A stretch of 64,000 nucleotides of DNA from an uncultured virus (IMG/VR IMGVR_UViG_3300034159_000040) (IMGVR_UViG_3300034159_000040); one strand, 5' to 3'; positions 9,915-20,720 are shown, counted from the stretch's first letter. The notes: generated from the sequence alone by a model not told the origin. Numbers and translations: made by a program.

Positions 9915-10125
9915 AGGTCAATACGACACGAGGAATGATGCGATGTGTAATGCAGAACCGCAGAAGCCGAGCCAGCCCGACAAGCCCGGTCCCAAGCCTG
10001 ATCCTCATCCGGGTAAGCCGTTCTAGGTCTCGCCAGGGTATCCCCGCTGCCTGAATCGCCGCCCGCAAGGGTGGCGCCCTCTGCACGCTCGGCGCCTCCC
10101 GGCGACCGGGCGTCTCACTGGAGAC

Positions 10126-10938
10126 GTGCACATGCCGACCAACCACAACCTCACCAGCGCCCCTAACCTCTACGTCGGTGGCGGCTACGATTCCGCGATT
10201 GCCGCCCTCAACGGCGGCGCCAAGGGAGTCCCCTTCACCCCCACCACCCGCCTGTCGCTCGGCACCCCGGCCCTGGCCGACGACAACCTCCTGATCGATG
10301 CGGCGACCTCGACCAGTCTTCCCAGCAACTCCACCAAGACCTACACCCCGTTGACCGACGGCACGGCCCCGCTCGACAACGCCGACAGCCCGGCACCGGA
10401 GACCCTGGCCGGCGCCAATGTGCTGGTGTGGACCCTGGACGCGCCCCGCAACATCGTCGCCACCAACACCAAGACCGGCACCACGGCGGCCCTGACGGTG
10501 CTGATCTCGGGCTATGACCTGTACAAGCGGCCGATGACCGAGCTGCTGACCCTGGCCGCGACCGCGACCACCATCACCGCCATCGGCAAGAAGGCGTTCA
10601 AGTACATCGCCTCGATCGCCATCACGTCGGCCGCCAACGCGACCACCAACAGCCTGATCGTCGGCACCGGTTCGGCACTCGGCCTTCCCTACGCCCTGAA
10701 ATCGGTGGGCGACGTGTTCAAGGCCAGCCTGGGCGGCGCGCAGGAACTCGTGAACGTCGCCAGCAACGCGACCGTGGTGGCCGCCGTGGCGACCTCGCCC
10801 GCGACCAACGCCACCGGTGACGTGCGCGGCACCATCACCTTCAACGGCGCCCTCGACGGCGCCAAGGAGGCGGTGGTCTGGGCCTACATCGCCGGGCGCA
10901 ACACGGCCGTGGGTCTGGCTGGCGTCGTCCAGGCGTGA
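10126..10938 (+). CDS. virion structural protein (Thr/Ala-rich)
   Basis: Very high GC3, GGAG RBS, beta-rich; ends ATNATGDVRGT. Confidence 0.7.
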   Translation: MHMPTNHNLTSAPNLYVGGGYDSAIAALNGGAKGVPFTPTTRLSLGTPALADDNLLIDAATSTSLPSNSTKTYTPLTDGTAPLDNADSPAPETLAGANVLVWTLDAPRNIVATNTKTGTTAALTVLISGYDLYKRPMTELLTLAATATTITAIGKKAFKYIASIAITSAANATTNSLIVGTGSALGLPYALKSVGDVFKASLGGAQELVNVASNATVVAAVATSPATNATGDVRGTITFNGALDGAKEAVVWAYIAGRNTAVGLAGVVQA

Positions 10939-10942
10939 GGCC

Positions 10943-11677
10943 GTGACTCCGGCCGACCTGATCCAGATCGCCCGCGCTGACTGGCTCGATGACGCCCCCG
11001 ACACCGTGGGGGCGATGCCCGAGGACCAGTACCGGTTTCGCACGCCCTTCCTGCTGCGCGAGATCGGTAACGCCCAGCGCCAGGCGTGCTACGGGCAGGA
11101 CCTGCGCCACCTCTACGACGAGACGACGCCGGAGATTTGCCGCATCACTTTGGTGGCGGGGCAGGCGTCATATCCGCTCGACCCGCGCATCCTGCGGCTG
11201 CACCGGGTGACGACGGCGAGCGGGTGCAGCCTGGAGCACACGACGCAGGCGCGGGCCGAGGCGTATGGGTGGCCCCATCACGGCCGCGGGAGACCGTCGG
11301 ACGCCTTCTACGTGGTGGACCGCCGGCTGCATTTGTGGACCGACCCGTGGCGGGACCTGATCGGCACCCACCTGCACCTGGCCGTCTGGCGCGAACCGCT
11401 CGGCAACCCGAACCTGACCGACGACCTGGAGTGGCCATCGGATCAGGAGAAACTGCTGCACTGGGTCGCCTACCGCGCCTTCTCCCGGCCCGACGAGGAC
11501 ACCGCCAACGCCAAGTCCGCGGCCGACCACTACGCCCTGTTCTGCCAGGCGTTCGGCGCACCCAATGCAGCCCAGGTGCGCGCCGAGCTGCTGGCCTATC
11601 CCAACGCCCTGACCATCGCCCCGCGGCGCGGGCGGCGCGACTGGTCGGGTGACACTGATTGCCACTTCTGGAACTAG
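10943..11677 (+). CDS. putative head-to-tail adaptor
   Basis: ITLVAGQASYPLDPRILR and LLHWVAYRAFSRPDED..A..HY..F motifs; position after the head genes. Confidence 0.65.
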   Translation: MTPADLIQIARADWLDDAPDTVGAMPEDQYRFRTPFLLREIGNAQRQACYGQDLRHLYDETTPEICRITLVAGQASYPLDPRILRLHRVTTASGCSLEHTTQARAEAYGWPHHGRGRPSDAFYVVDRRLHLWTDPWRDLIGTHLHLAVWREPLGNPNLTDDLEWPSDQEKLLHWVAYRAFSRPDEDTANAKSAADHYALFCQAFGAPNAAQVRAELLAYPNALTIAPRRGRRDWSGDTDCHFWN

Positions 11678-11680
11678 GCT

Positions 11681-12076
11681 ATGTCCGATACCGTCTCCAC
11701 CAAATTCGTCCGCAACGGCCCCACCAAGGCGGTCGTGGTGCTGACCAACGCCAGCGACGGGACCGGCGAGTCCGCCGCCGTCAAGGTCGACAAGTCGACG
11801 CTGGTCAACGCCAACGGCGGCGAGCCGTCGCGGCTGTCGATCCGCAAGGTCCAGTGGTCGATCGCCGGGTTTAGCGCGGTCCGGCTGTATTGGGACCACA
11901 CCACTCCCGAAACCGCCCTGGTGCTGTCCTACGCCGGCGAGCTGTGCTTTGAACATGCTGGCGGACTCACCGACTCGGGGGGCGCGGGCGGCACCGGGGA
12001 CCTGCTGCTGACGGCCACGCCGGCCGCGGCGGCACCCTACGGCGGCTACACGATCGTGCTGCACCTGGCCAAATAA
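11681..12076 (+). CDS. virion structural protein
   Basis: SDGTGESAAVKVD..GGTGDLLLT..YTIVL.L.K; high GC3. Confidence 0.65.
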   Translation: MSDTVSTKFVRNGPTKAVVVLTNASDGTGESAAVKVDKSTLVNANGGEPSRLSIRKVQWSIAGFSAVRLYWDHTTPETALVLSYAGELCFEHAGGLTDSGGAGGTGDLLLTATPAAAAPYGGYTIVLHLAK

Positions 12077-12078
12077 CC

Positions 12079-12480
12079 ATGTCCGGCGTTCGCGCCCTGC
12101 TCCAAGAGTCCGAGCATGTGTCGGGGACCACTTGGCAGGAGCCCTTTGCCCTGCGCCTGCTCGAAGACGGGGCGCCGTGGGACCTGACCGGGGCGACGGC
12201 CCGGCTGCGCCTGGTCGATGGCCTGGGGGCGACGGTGGTGGACTGGACGCTCGGGGCCGGGCTCGAACTCTACCCGGCCGTCGACCCGACCTATCTGTGC
12301 GTGGTCGGAACCGCGGGCCTGGTCACGCCGGCCGATGACGGCGAGCCGGGTCTGGTGGGCGGGGTCCTTACCGCCGCCCCCGGGGTGCTGCACGGCGACC
12401 TGAAGGTCGCGCTCGCCGATGGCACGGTCATGGTGGAGGCAGATATCACCCTGCCCATCATCTCGAGCGTGACGCCATGA
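12079..12480 (+). CDS. BppU-like tail adaptor protein
   Basis: GTTW..F....DGAPWDLTGATARL motif; upstream of the fibre gene. Confidence 0.5.
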   Translation: MSGVRALLQESEHVSGTTWQEPFALRLLEDGAPWDLTGATARLRLVDGLGATVVDWTLGAGLELYPAVDPTYLCVVGTAGLVTPADDGEPGLVGGVLTAAPGVLHGDLKVALADGTVMVEADITLPIISSVTP

Positions 12481-13889
12481 CCACGCGCGTGCTGGAGATC
12501 ATCCGCCACCAGCGCCGGGTGGTGCTCGAACTGAACCCGATGGGTCTGCGCGGCCTGCCCGGCGCCCGCGGTCTCGATGGTCTCCCTGGCCACGGCCTGG
12601 ACCTGCAAGGCACGGTCTCCACTACGGCGGACCTGCCGACCGAGACGGCCTACCCTGGCGACTGCTGGATAGCGCAGGCGGACGCCCATGTGTGGGTCTT
12701 TGATGGCGCCGAGACGTGGTTCGATGCCGGCACGATCCAGGGCGAGCGGGGGGAAATTGGACCCACGGGACAGCCAGGCCAGCAAGGGATTCAAGGACCC
12801 GCCGGCGCGCGCGGAAGTGATGGGCCGAGCGGCGCAGATGGGGTAGATGGGGCCATTGGACCAGTTGGCCCGATGGGGCCAGTTGGACCACAAGGCGACG
12901 CCGGGGAGGTCGGGCCTGCTTCGACGGTTGCCGGACCCCAAGGCCCACAAGGGCCGGCAGGTCATTCACCGGTTCTGACCTGGAGTGCGGATCAGGTCGC
13001 GATTGATGGTGCGGTCACTGGGCCGCACCTGACGGGTCCTACCGGACCCCAAGGCCCAGCCGGCTCTGGCGGCACCGGGGCCGGCGTCACGGATGGCGAC
13101 AAGGGCGACATCGTGGTCTCGGAGTCCGGCGCGGTCTGGACGTTCGACCCCGGCGTAGTCTCGACGGCGGCCCGTGCGCTGCTCGATGACAGCACGGCCG
13201 CCGCCATGCGCGCCACGCTCGAACTGGGCACGGCCGCCACCACCGCCACCACCGCCTACGCCACCGCCGCCCAGGGCACTGACGCGCGCACCCCGATCGT
13301 CACCGGCCTGACCGATATTGGCGCCGCCCTGGCCGACGGCGACGAGTTCCCGGTCTATGACCTCTCGGTGCCAGCGATCCGCAAGAGCGGGTTGTTGCGG
13401 CTGTGGACCTACGTCTCGGGGAAGATCGGGACTCTGGGCGGTGCGGCCTTTAAGGACGTGCCGGCGGCAGCAACCCGAGCCACCGCCGCCCAAGTCCCGC
13501 TCGGCGATGATCCGCGCCTGGTCTCTCGGGGGGTCATTGTTCCCCTGTCGTACCCCAACGCCAACCTCTTCGCTGAGAACAAGAAAGCGGTCTGGTCGTG
13601 GCCCGAAAACCGCACGATTACCGGATTCACGGTGTACTGCGATCCTGCCACCAAGCCCTCCGCGACCCACGCGATCTTCGACCTGAATACGCTTCATGCG
13701 ACCACGGGCGTTGCCACCTCGCTACTGACGACGAATGCCCAGATCAGTACCGGCACCAGCAGTGGCAATGGGACCATCGCCGGATCAACCTATTCCTATA
13801 TTGCCGGCACCTTGCTATCGATTGACGTGGATGCCGGGACCGATGGGCGCGGGTATTTCGCCAGCATTACCACCACGCTAACAGGCTAA
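12477..13889 (+). CDS. collagen-repeat tail fibre protein
   Basis: Long Gly-X-Y run (about 12740-12960), DGDKGDI motif, LLDDSTAAAMRATLELG. Confidence 0.8.
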   Translation: MTTRVLEIIRHQRRVVLELNPMGLRGLPGARGLDGLPGHGLDLQGTVSTTADLPTETAYPGDCWIAQADAHVWVFDGAETWFDAGTIQGERGEIGPTGQPGQQGIQGPAGARGSDGPSGADGVDGAIGPVGPMGPVGPQGDAGEVGPASTVAGPQGPQGPAGHSPVLTWSADQVAIDGAVTGPHLTGPTGPQGPAGSGGTGAGVTDGDKGDIVVSESGAVWTFDPGVVSTAARALLDDSTAAAMRATLELGTAATTATTAYATAAQGTDARTPIVTGLTDIGAALADGDEFPVYDLSVPAIRKSGLLRLWTYVSGKIGTLGGAAFKDVPAAATRATAAQVPLGDDPRLVSRGVIVPLSYPNANLFAENKKAVWSWPENRTITGFTVYCDPATKPSATHAIFDLNTLHATTGVATSLLTTNAQISTGTSSGNGTIAGSTYSYIAGTLLSIDVDAGTDGRGYFASITTTLTG

Positions 13890-13892
13890 ACC

Positions 13893-14525
13893 ATGACTGC
13901 TCCTGTGTTTAATCCCGATCCGCAAGTCATCCTGAGCAAGGTCTATTTCAAGGAAGTGCTCAGTCTGTCGTCGCCGGAAAATCGCTTCGGGACCTTCGTC
14001 AACTGGGGACATATCCACGGCGAACCGCTACCGACCGACAATACCGACCTGCGGTATTGGACGTGCGTCCATGCCGCCGCCGCGGACCGCGATGTCGATC
14101 TTTGCTACGATGCGACCCCGGTCTATGATTTCATTCCCTATGACCCTGACCCAACGGCGGCGCTTCCTCCGGAGAAAGTCTATCCCTACGGGGAGCGGCG
14201 CGAGCGCATCGTCATCACGCGCAAGGGGAATGAGCAATTGAAGGAAGTGGTGTTGGCGCAACGCACCAAGGCGGATTCCCAACTGTTTCCACAAGATGGA
14301 GAAATCGCCGTCTTGGCCGATGTGATGCGCATCCGCTCCTCGAGCGTGGTGTCGGCCCGCGACCAGGCGCGCTTGACCGCGTATGCGCCGATTGAGGCGG
14401 CCCGCGCGGCCAACATGAATAACGCCGAGGATATGTTTGCAGCGATCGACGCGGGGCTCGACTTCGATATTGCCGCGGGATGGACGCCCGATGCGTCAAC
14501 GTGGCCCGTGTCCAGTGTCATTTAA
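13893..14525 (+). CDS. hypothetical protein, possible fibre assembly chaperone
   Basis: 210 aa ORF directly after the fibre gene; ends FDIAAGW. Confidence 0.55.
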   Translation: MTAPVFNPDPQVILSKVYFKEVLSLSSPENRFGTFVNWGHIHGEPLPTDNTDLRYWTCVHAAAADRDVDLCYDATPVYDFIPYDPDPTAALPPEKVYPYGERRERIVITRKGNEQLKEVVLAQRTKADSQLFPQDGEIAVLADVMRIRSSSVVSARDQARLTAYAPIEAARAANMNNAEDMFAAIDAGLDFDIAAGWTPDASTWPVSSVI

Positions 14526-15298
14526 TGAATCACCCGCCGCGCCTTGCACGGGATTTTCCGTGGTTGCCTCGCGAGTGGTCAGGTAAGCCGATCGTGGATA
14601 TCATCAATCCTGTTGCGGCCGGCGCTCCGTGGTGGCTGGCGGGCGGCGTCAACCCGGCCGCGGTGCTCGGTGCCTATCAACCGAAAGGTGCGGAAAATGC
14701 GACCGCGGCCCTAGTCAATGTCGCCAACCCAGGGACAAACGATCTGGTAGGAAATGGCGGCCCCGGTCCCACCTGGAGCGCGGGCAGCGGGCTGATCTTC
14801 ACCCGCACGTCGGCGACGGCTGGGCAGGGGCTGCGCACGACGTTCTATTCGACGGCATTGGGAAATACGCCAGCCATTCTTGTGCGCTACGAGGGAATAG
14901 CTGATGCACTAGCGTCAACCAACTACTTTACGGGGATCTCCGCTACCGCCCGGCAGGTTTATACATTGTTCATGATAGCCAGAAGCACCGCTTCGTACGC
15001 TAATGCAGGATCGGTTACCCCCGACCCGTCTCCCTCTGGTGCTAGTTCCAGTGGCGTGCTAGGGCTTCGGATTAACGCCGGCAAAGTCGAACTTTGGATG
15101 AACGGTGCGCTTTATTCGTCGGCGAATTGTACCTACAACTCGGCCAGGAGTGATTACCTTGGCGTTGGGTGTACTTATTATACCTCGCTGTCTAATTACC
15201 AGAATTTCCTGACTGGTAATATCCTCGCCCTCACCTACATGACCGCGGCCTCGGCGGCGCAGATGGCCGCGATCTCAGCCGCGATGGCCGCGCTCTGA
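14525..15298 (+). CDS. putative receptor-binding / lectin-like tail protein
   Basis: TAATG coupling; beta-rich, Ser/Thr/Tyr-rich C-terminal half with visibly lower GC. Confidence 0.5.
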   Translation: MNHPPRLARDFPWLPREWSGKPIVDIINPVAAGAPWWLAGGVNPAAVLGAYQPKGAENATAALVNVANPGTNDLVGNGGPGPTWSAGSGLIFTRTSATAGQGLRTTFYSTALGNTPAILVRYEGIADALASTNYFTGISATARQVYTLFMIARSTASYANAGSVTPDPSPSGASSSGVLGLRINAGKVELWMNGALYSSANCTYNSARSDYLGVGCTYYTSLSNYQNFLTGNILALTYMTAASAAQMAAISAAMAAL

Positions 15299-15299
15299 C

Positions 15300-16535
15300 G
15301 TGGCCGCCCCCTCTCCCATCCAGATCTTGCCCTGCCCCGGCGGCGAGGACTCGCGCCGACCTGATAGCCATGCCGACCTGCAACCGCAGCGGGTGCCGGG
15401 CGGCGGCTATGCCCCCCCGAAGTTCCAGCGATCGATCACCGACTTGCTGCTCGCGAGCGACGGGGCACTGTCGACCCGACCCGGCGTGGTTGAGGTGGCC
15501 GCCCTGGACGCCCCACGATCGGCCTACGCCTACGCCGGCGCGCTCTACCTGCACGTCGGGACCACCATCGTGCGGCGGGACCTGGCGAGCGGGACCACCA
15601 CCACGGTGGCGACCGGGATCAGCGACGCGCAGCCGGTGGCTTGGTGCGAGCATCAGGGGGCGCTATGGCTCACCGATGGCACCGAGATCGGACGGATAAC
15701 GGCGGCTGGTGTGCTGCTTCCCCTCTTCCCCCAGGCCGCGGCCCCGGCGGTCACCCTCAGTGCCGGGGCCTTGCCGGCGGGCATCTATCTCGTCGCCGTG
15801 ACCTGGGTGGACATGACCGGCGCTGAGTCCGCTTGCGCGGCGCCGACGGCGGTAACGGTCGATGGCGCCAAGTCTTTGGTGGTCGCGATCCCTGCGCTGC
15901 TGCCGGTTGGGGTGTTCTCGGTGCGCCTGTGGTGTTCGCGCTGCAACGAGAAGCTGCTGAGTTTGGTTGGCGACTTCCTTCCCGCCGCGTTCCCCAAGCC
16001 GATCACGATCGAGCCAACCTCGATTGTGTCGCTTCAGACGGCTGGACTGGACCCCCTTCCTCCCGGCGCTGGCCTGACGACGCGCGGCGGATTCATGGTG
16101 TCGTGGTCTGGCTCCGTGGTCTCGTTCTCTCACGGCACCTGGGCACACCTCTATGATCCGCGCACCGACATCAATGAAGTCGATGGCACGATCATAGGTT
16201 GCGTGGGGGTTGATGGCGGTCTGTGGGTCACGAACGCGAATGCACTGTTCTGGCTCGACGGGTCTGACCCATCAAAGAGCGGTCTGGTGCGTACCGGAAA
16301 GCAGCGGGCTTACGCGAACGGCGGAACGCGGCGATATCCTGGCGAGCTTGGCGTGAACACCGCCCGCGAGTTCGCGGTGTTTGCCTCAGATTATGGACTG
16401 GTGTTCGGCCTGTCCGACGGGTCCGCGATTGCGCCGATGAGTGAGTCACAACAGTGGGACGTGGCGGGGAAAACGGCAACGTTTGCGGCGGCTGAGTTTA
16501 ATGGCGAATTGTACCTTGTCGTAGTGGTGACTTAA
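15300..16535 (+). CDS. putative tail (nozzle/hub-like) protein
   Basis: 411 aa beta-rich; GALPAGIYLVAVTWVD..G.ES motif. Confidence 0.55.
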   Translation: MAAPSPIQILPCPGGEDSRRPDSHADLQPQRVPGGGYAPPKFQRSITDLLLASDGALSTRPGVVEVAALDAPRSAYAYAGALYLHVGTTIVRRDLASGTTTTVATGISDAQPVAWCEHQGALWLTDGTEIGRITAAGVLLPLFPQAAAPAVTLSAGALPAGIYLVAVTWVDMTGAESACAAPTAVTVDGAKSLVVAIPALLPVGVFSVRLWCSRCNEKLLSLVGDFLPAAFPKPITIEPTSIVSLQTAGLDPLPPGAGLTTRGGFMVSWSGSVVSFSHGTWAHLYDPRTDINEVDGTIIGCVGVDGGLWVTNANALFWLDGSDPSKSGLVRTGKQRAYANGGTRRYPGELGVNTAREFAVFASDYGLVFGLSDGSAIAPMSESQQWDVAGKTATFAAAEFNGELYLVVVVT

Positions 16536-18542
16536 ATGGCATGGTCGCAAACATCATGGTCCACACTTCCGGAGTCGACCAAGATAGTTCTGAATCAAGG
16601 ACTTTATTCAACGGAGATTGTTTCGTCTGCGAACGTCCTTGGCAACAGTGTCGGGGCGGCACTCGACTCGATGCTGTCGAAAGCGCAAGCCATTAACGAG
16701 GACCTCTCGACCGGGATTGCCGACATCAAGAGCACTTGGGATGATGCGTTGGTCACGCTGGCCGCTGTTTATAGCCTGACGCTCGGCACCAACACCTACA
16801 GCGCACCCACCAGCAGCACCACGGCTCCAGATTTCTCCGCGTCGTTTCCCTCTACCATCGCCCTGCCGGACGCGCCGACGCTGGCCGATGCGCCGACCCT
16901 GACCAATCCCAGCGCGAGCTTTCCAGTCGCACCCACGATCGGCACCGCACCCAGCGTTGCAACGGCCCCGACGCTGGCCGCCGTAAGCCCAAGCTTCTCC
17001 GACGCCCCAGCGCTGGGCACGATCCCGACGACCAGCACCGCGCCGACCTACGTCGGCGTAACCCCGAGCTTTCCAACGGCCCCCGGCCTGGGGACCGTGC
17101 CGACAACCTCAGAGACGCCATCCTATTCCACGATTGTGGCCGCGTTCCCGAGCGCCTTTACCTTGCCGACGGCGCCGACGTTGAGTGCCCCACCCAGCAT
17201 TGCTGCACTGACCGCGATGGCCACCCCACCTACGGCTCCCGCCGTTGGTGGGGTGCTGACCGCGGAGTATTCCACGTCGTATGCGCTGGCGCGCCAGGCG
17301 GCCCTGGAGAACGAGGCACTGGAGACCTGGCAGGCATCCTACGGCGCCGCGGCGAGCGGACGCGGGCTCCCACTCGCGGCGCAGCAAGTCGCCGTACAGC
17401 AGGCGGCGCTGCGGCGCCTGCAAGCCACGTCGACCGCCGCGCTTGATGCGTCACGGCTCCAGGCGTCGCACTTGCGCGAGGATACCCGGTGGTCGGTGGA
17501 GCAGCGCCTGGCTTATTGGTCGAAGATCGAAGACGTGACGTTGCAACGCTGGCAAGCCGAGCAGACGCTGCGGTTGTCGAGTTGGACGCAGACGATCAAC
17601 GGACAACTTCAATCTTATTCGCAGTTCGCTGATGTTCTCATAAAGAATTTTGGCGCACTCTCGGCGAACGAATCCCAACGACTGACGGCACTGCTGGCGC
17701 AGGAGACTTTCAAGCTGGATCAGTGGGTAAAGGCCAATAGCGCGACGCTGGAGTTTTGGGCTAAGCCGGTAGAGGTTGCCTCCTCACTTTATCAAACGGG
17801 GGTACAGGCCGAATCATCACGGGTGACGGCCTTGATTCAATCCGATACGCTGGCGCTGGAGAAATGGGCAAAGGAAAACCAGACCCGAATTGACCTGTGG
17901 TCCAAGTCGCTGGCAGTACAGGATAGTCTGTACAAGACTGATGTTGCGAAGGAAACTAGCCGGGTTGCCGCGCTGGTATCTGCAAACGCACAATTGCTTG
18001 AGAAGTGGGGAAAGGATAACCAAACGGCGCTTGAGTTCTGGTCTAAGCCACTGGAGATCGAAGCAACGGTTTATCAAACAACAACGCAAGGCGAAGCGGC
18101 TCGTGTTAAGTCAGCAATTGACTACGCAAACCTGTTGGTAGAGTCCTGGTCGAAGCAGGTAACCACGGAAGTCGAATCATACAAGGCCGTATCCGGAGTG
18201 ACCGTCAGTGCGGCACAAGCGTCAGGCGCAATTCTGGCGCAGAGATTTAATTCCGAGACGCAACGATTTTCGGCGTCGATCCAAAACCTCAGCCTGGGGA
18301 TGCAAGAGATTGAGCAGCGCCGGCAATGGTGGGCGGCTGACAGTGAATTGAAAATAAAGGACGCGGCAGCACGGGCTCAGGATGCTCGCGAGATCCAGAA
18401 GATTCTAGTCGATACCGGTGAGAAAGCGGTCTATGCCTATGCCGCCGGGTTGGCTGAACAGATGAAGGCGTGGTTGTCTGCGGTTCACTACCAGGCAAGC
18501 GTGGCCGCGCACATCCAAGGCCAGCAGATCGTGTCGGGCTGA
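16536..18542 (+). CDS. repeat-containing virion protein
   Basis: 668 aa; about 20-aa Pro/Thr repeats followed by 47-aa helical repeats. Confidence 0.65.
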   Translation: MAWSQTSWSTLPESTKIVLNQGLYSTEIVSSANVLGNSVGAALDSMLSKAQAINEDLSTGIADIKSTWDDALVTLAAVYSLTLGTNTYSAPTSSTTAPDFSASFPSTIALPDAPTLADAPTLTNPSASFPVAPTIGTAPSVATAPTLAAVSPSFSDAPALGTIPTTSTAPTYVGVTPSFPTAPGLGTVPTTSETPSYSTIVAAFPSAFTLPTAPTLSAPPSIAALTAMATPPTAPAVGGVLTAEYSTSYALARQAALENEALETWQASYGAAASGRGLPLAAQQVAVQQAALRRLQATSTAALDASRLQASHLREDTRWSVEQRLAYWSKIEDVTLQRWQAEQTLRLSSWTQTINGQLQSYSQFADVLIKNFGALSANESQRLTALLAQETFKLDQWVKANSATLEFWAKPVEVASSLYQTGVQAESSRVTALIQSDTLALEKWAKENQTRIDLWSKSLAVQDSLYKTDVAKETSRVAALVSANAQLLEKWGKDNQTALEFWSKPLEIEATVYQTTTQGEAARVKSAIDYANLLVESWSKQVTTEVESYKAVSGVTVSAAQASGAILAQRFNSETQRFSASIQNLSLGMQEIEQRRQWWAADSELKIKDAAARAQDAREIQKILVDTGEKAVYAYAAGLAEQMKAWLSAVHYQASVAAHIQGQQIVSG

Positions 18543-18545
18543 TAG

Positions 18546-20720
18546 ATGAAGCGATTAGGTGACGAACTACGGCGTAAATCGACCCCCGAAGGGTCGGTTT
18601 TCAGCAATCCGTCACCCATCAGTTTCTACTTTGGTAATCCTGGAATTAATCGCGGCACAATTGAGAAGCTGCTCGATGCGCAAGCTGACGCAGAGTTCTT
18701 TGTGCAGCACGCGATTCTCGCCGATGGGACGAAGGTGCGGATGGTGGTGCAAGGGAACATGCGCAGGGTTGAGGTTGTTAACCCTGAAGAAGATCTTGAA
18801 CGAAAAAAACCCGTTATCAAGAAATACGAACTGTATCATGGTTGGTTGCCCTTCTACCCACCAGCCTATCCCGGAGGACCGCCCGACCCGCGGGTCTACT
18901 GCGACACGCGCACGCTCGCCTATCTCTCGGGGGCTGGCACCGCGCACCCTGAACTATCAGGCGCTCATCAATACCTGATCGGCCTCGCGACGATATCGGG
19001 AGGATATCCGACCTGGCCCGCGATCACGCCAGATGAGGCTCACGGAGAGCCGGGTCGCCCCCCGACCCTTGATGGCGACCATTCCTATCTCTACCCGCGC
19101 CCGACGCCATCGTCTCGCAGCGCGCCCCCGGTATGGACCGGCGAGGCCCGCTGTCGCGACCAGTGCGGCCCGCTGGCCGGGGGGCTATCGTGGGCTGAGG
19201 TCCTGCCGACCGGCTGGGCGGCCGACTCTACGTCCGTCGGCTATGTGTGGCTCGGTGGCGCGCCGTATGTCGCGCGGTGCACCGCTGATGGACTAGATAT
19301 AGCGCCGGTCGATTTGCCCGCCGATCTACTCGCCCTACTTGTTTGGCTTGCCGGTACAGTGACCGGGATCGATGCGCAGATGATGCGGGCGTGGGTCTAT
19401 GCGTTCGGGTCGGCGCGCAGGATGGCAGTAACCCGGTTGCTGGACGCCGCCGATATGTCCCCTTGCTATGCTGGCGGCGCGAGTTCCCTGCACCCTCAGT
19501 GTGGATGGCAGTGGTTGTGGCAACCCGAGATCGGATCACCAGCGGCAGCGGTGCAGGTGCTTACCTACACAACAAGCGGTCATTACGCTTCGCGGCGGTG
19601 TGATGTTACCCTGTCCATGGTCGATGGGGCGCCGCACGCTGAGGTAGCTGTTGGTCCAAGCCAGCAGTGGGGCGGGGCGTTGTTTGTGGTATGGACGCCG
19701 ACAGGACTCGGGCACGAAGTATCGCTGATCCCAATCGGGTCGTCCGCAGGGGGTACGGAGGCTACGGTTTACGCTTTTACAACCACGAAAGGTGGCGTAG
19801 TGGAGTGTACGCGAGTTGCTGAGGGCGCAGGTGGAACGGTCAGTCTTGGCCCAACACCAACTTGGGAAACTATTTGTGAGGCAGGGACTATAGCGGCGTC
19901 GGGAGGTAGTTCAACGCGCGTCGGGTCGGGCGGATGGCGGCTGACCGGAGCCGTCAATTACGACGGATCGATCCATGTGGAAAGCGCACGAACAATCACG
20001 TCCCTGGCGGCGTCTGTGACAGCCACAGAAACCCGCAGCGGACATTTCAACGGCGGGTATCCGGGCGATGTGATTGCTTCATTGGCATCCCCCCTGTGTC
20101 GCAACGAGTCGCACGCGACAACAAACGAACGGAGCCTAGAGTGGGGATCAAGCTACTGCCGGAAGCGGACCGGAAACCTCTCGTCTGGGGGTGGGGCGGC
20201 GGCATTGGTGCTACTGCCAGGAGACAGCGGTGTAGTGGTTACTGCGTGGCAGGGGTGGGGCGGTGGGACGGCCACCGACGACACTCGGACCCGCGACTAC
20301 ATATCTATTCGTGCCAGGTTGCGTAACTCGGATGTCGGGGCTCAGCACGGGCCTGGTTTCATTTCTAACACGGGATTCATTTATAACTATTACTCAAACC
20401 CAGCGGATGCGTGGTCGTATAACACCCACTCCGGCTACGGCGCAAACCTGATGGGATCGACGGCCGCACCGCCCGGCTCGTGGAACGAAGAGCGCATGGT
20501 GATCGCGTCAACGTCAGGGGTGATGCACTCCCTGTCGTTGACAGACTGGCCAGGGCTAAAATCGGTATCGGCTGGAGCCCTCGCGACGGCGCCTCTGTGT
20601 CGCACGACGGGCGGCGGCCAAGACACCTATAGCCCCACCCCCAGTTCAGTTACCTGGCCGGGTGGGTTATCGAGTGTCGCCACCGGGGCACCGGCGGTTG
20701 ACCCAATAGGTGCAACTTGA
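18546..20720 (+). CDS. hypothetical tail-region protein (724 aa)
   Basis: Long ORF co-oriented with the tail operon; Gly/Ser/Thr-rich C-terminal part. Confidence 0.6.
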   Translation: MKRLGDELRRKSTPEGSVFSNPSPISFYFGNPGINRGTIEKLLDAQADAEFFVQHAILADGTKVRMVVQGNMRRVEVVNPEEDLERKKPVIKKYELYHGWLPFYPPAYPGGPPDPRVYCDTRTLAYLSGAGTAHPELSGAHQYLIGLATISGGYPTWPAITPDEAHGEPGRPPTLDGDHSYLYPRPTPSSRSAPPVWTGEARCRDQCGPLAGGLSWAEVLPTGWAADSTSVGYVWLGGAPYVARCTADGLDIAPVDLPADLLALLVWLAGTVTGIDAQMMRAWVYAFGSARRMAVTRLLDAADMSPCYAGGASSLHPQCGWQWLWQPEIGSPAAAVQVLTYTTSGHYASRRCDVTLSMVDGAPHAEVAVGPSQQWGGALFVVWTPTGLGHEVSLIPIGSSAGGTEATVYAFTTTKGGVVECTRVAEGAGGTVSLGPTPTWETICEAGTIAASGGSSTRVGSGGWRLTGAVNYDGSIHVESARTITSLAASVTATETRSGHFNGGYPGDVIASLASPLCRNESHATTNERSLEWGSSYCRKRTGNLSSGGGAAALVLLPGDSGVVVTAWQGWGGGTATDDTRTRDYISIRARLRNSDVGAQHGPGFISNTGFIYNYYSNPADAWSYNTHSGYGANLMGSTAAPPGSWNEERMVIASTSGVMHSLSLTDWPGLKSVSAGALATAPLCRTTGGGQDTYSPTPSSVTWPGGLSSVATGAPAVDPIGAT

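Noticed and set aside
12477..15298. Diversity-generating retroelement acting on tail fibres
   Set aside because: No reverse transcriptase and no TR/VR pair with adenine-specific mismatches was seen.
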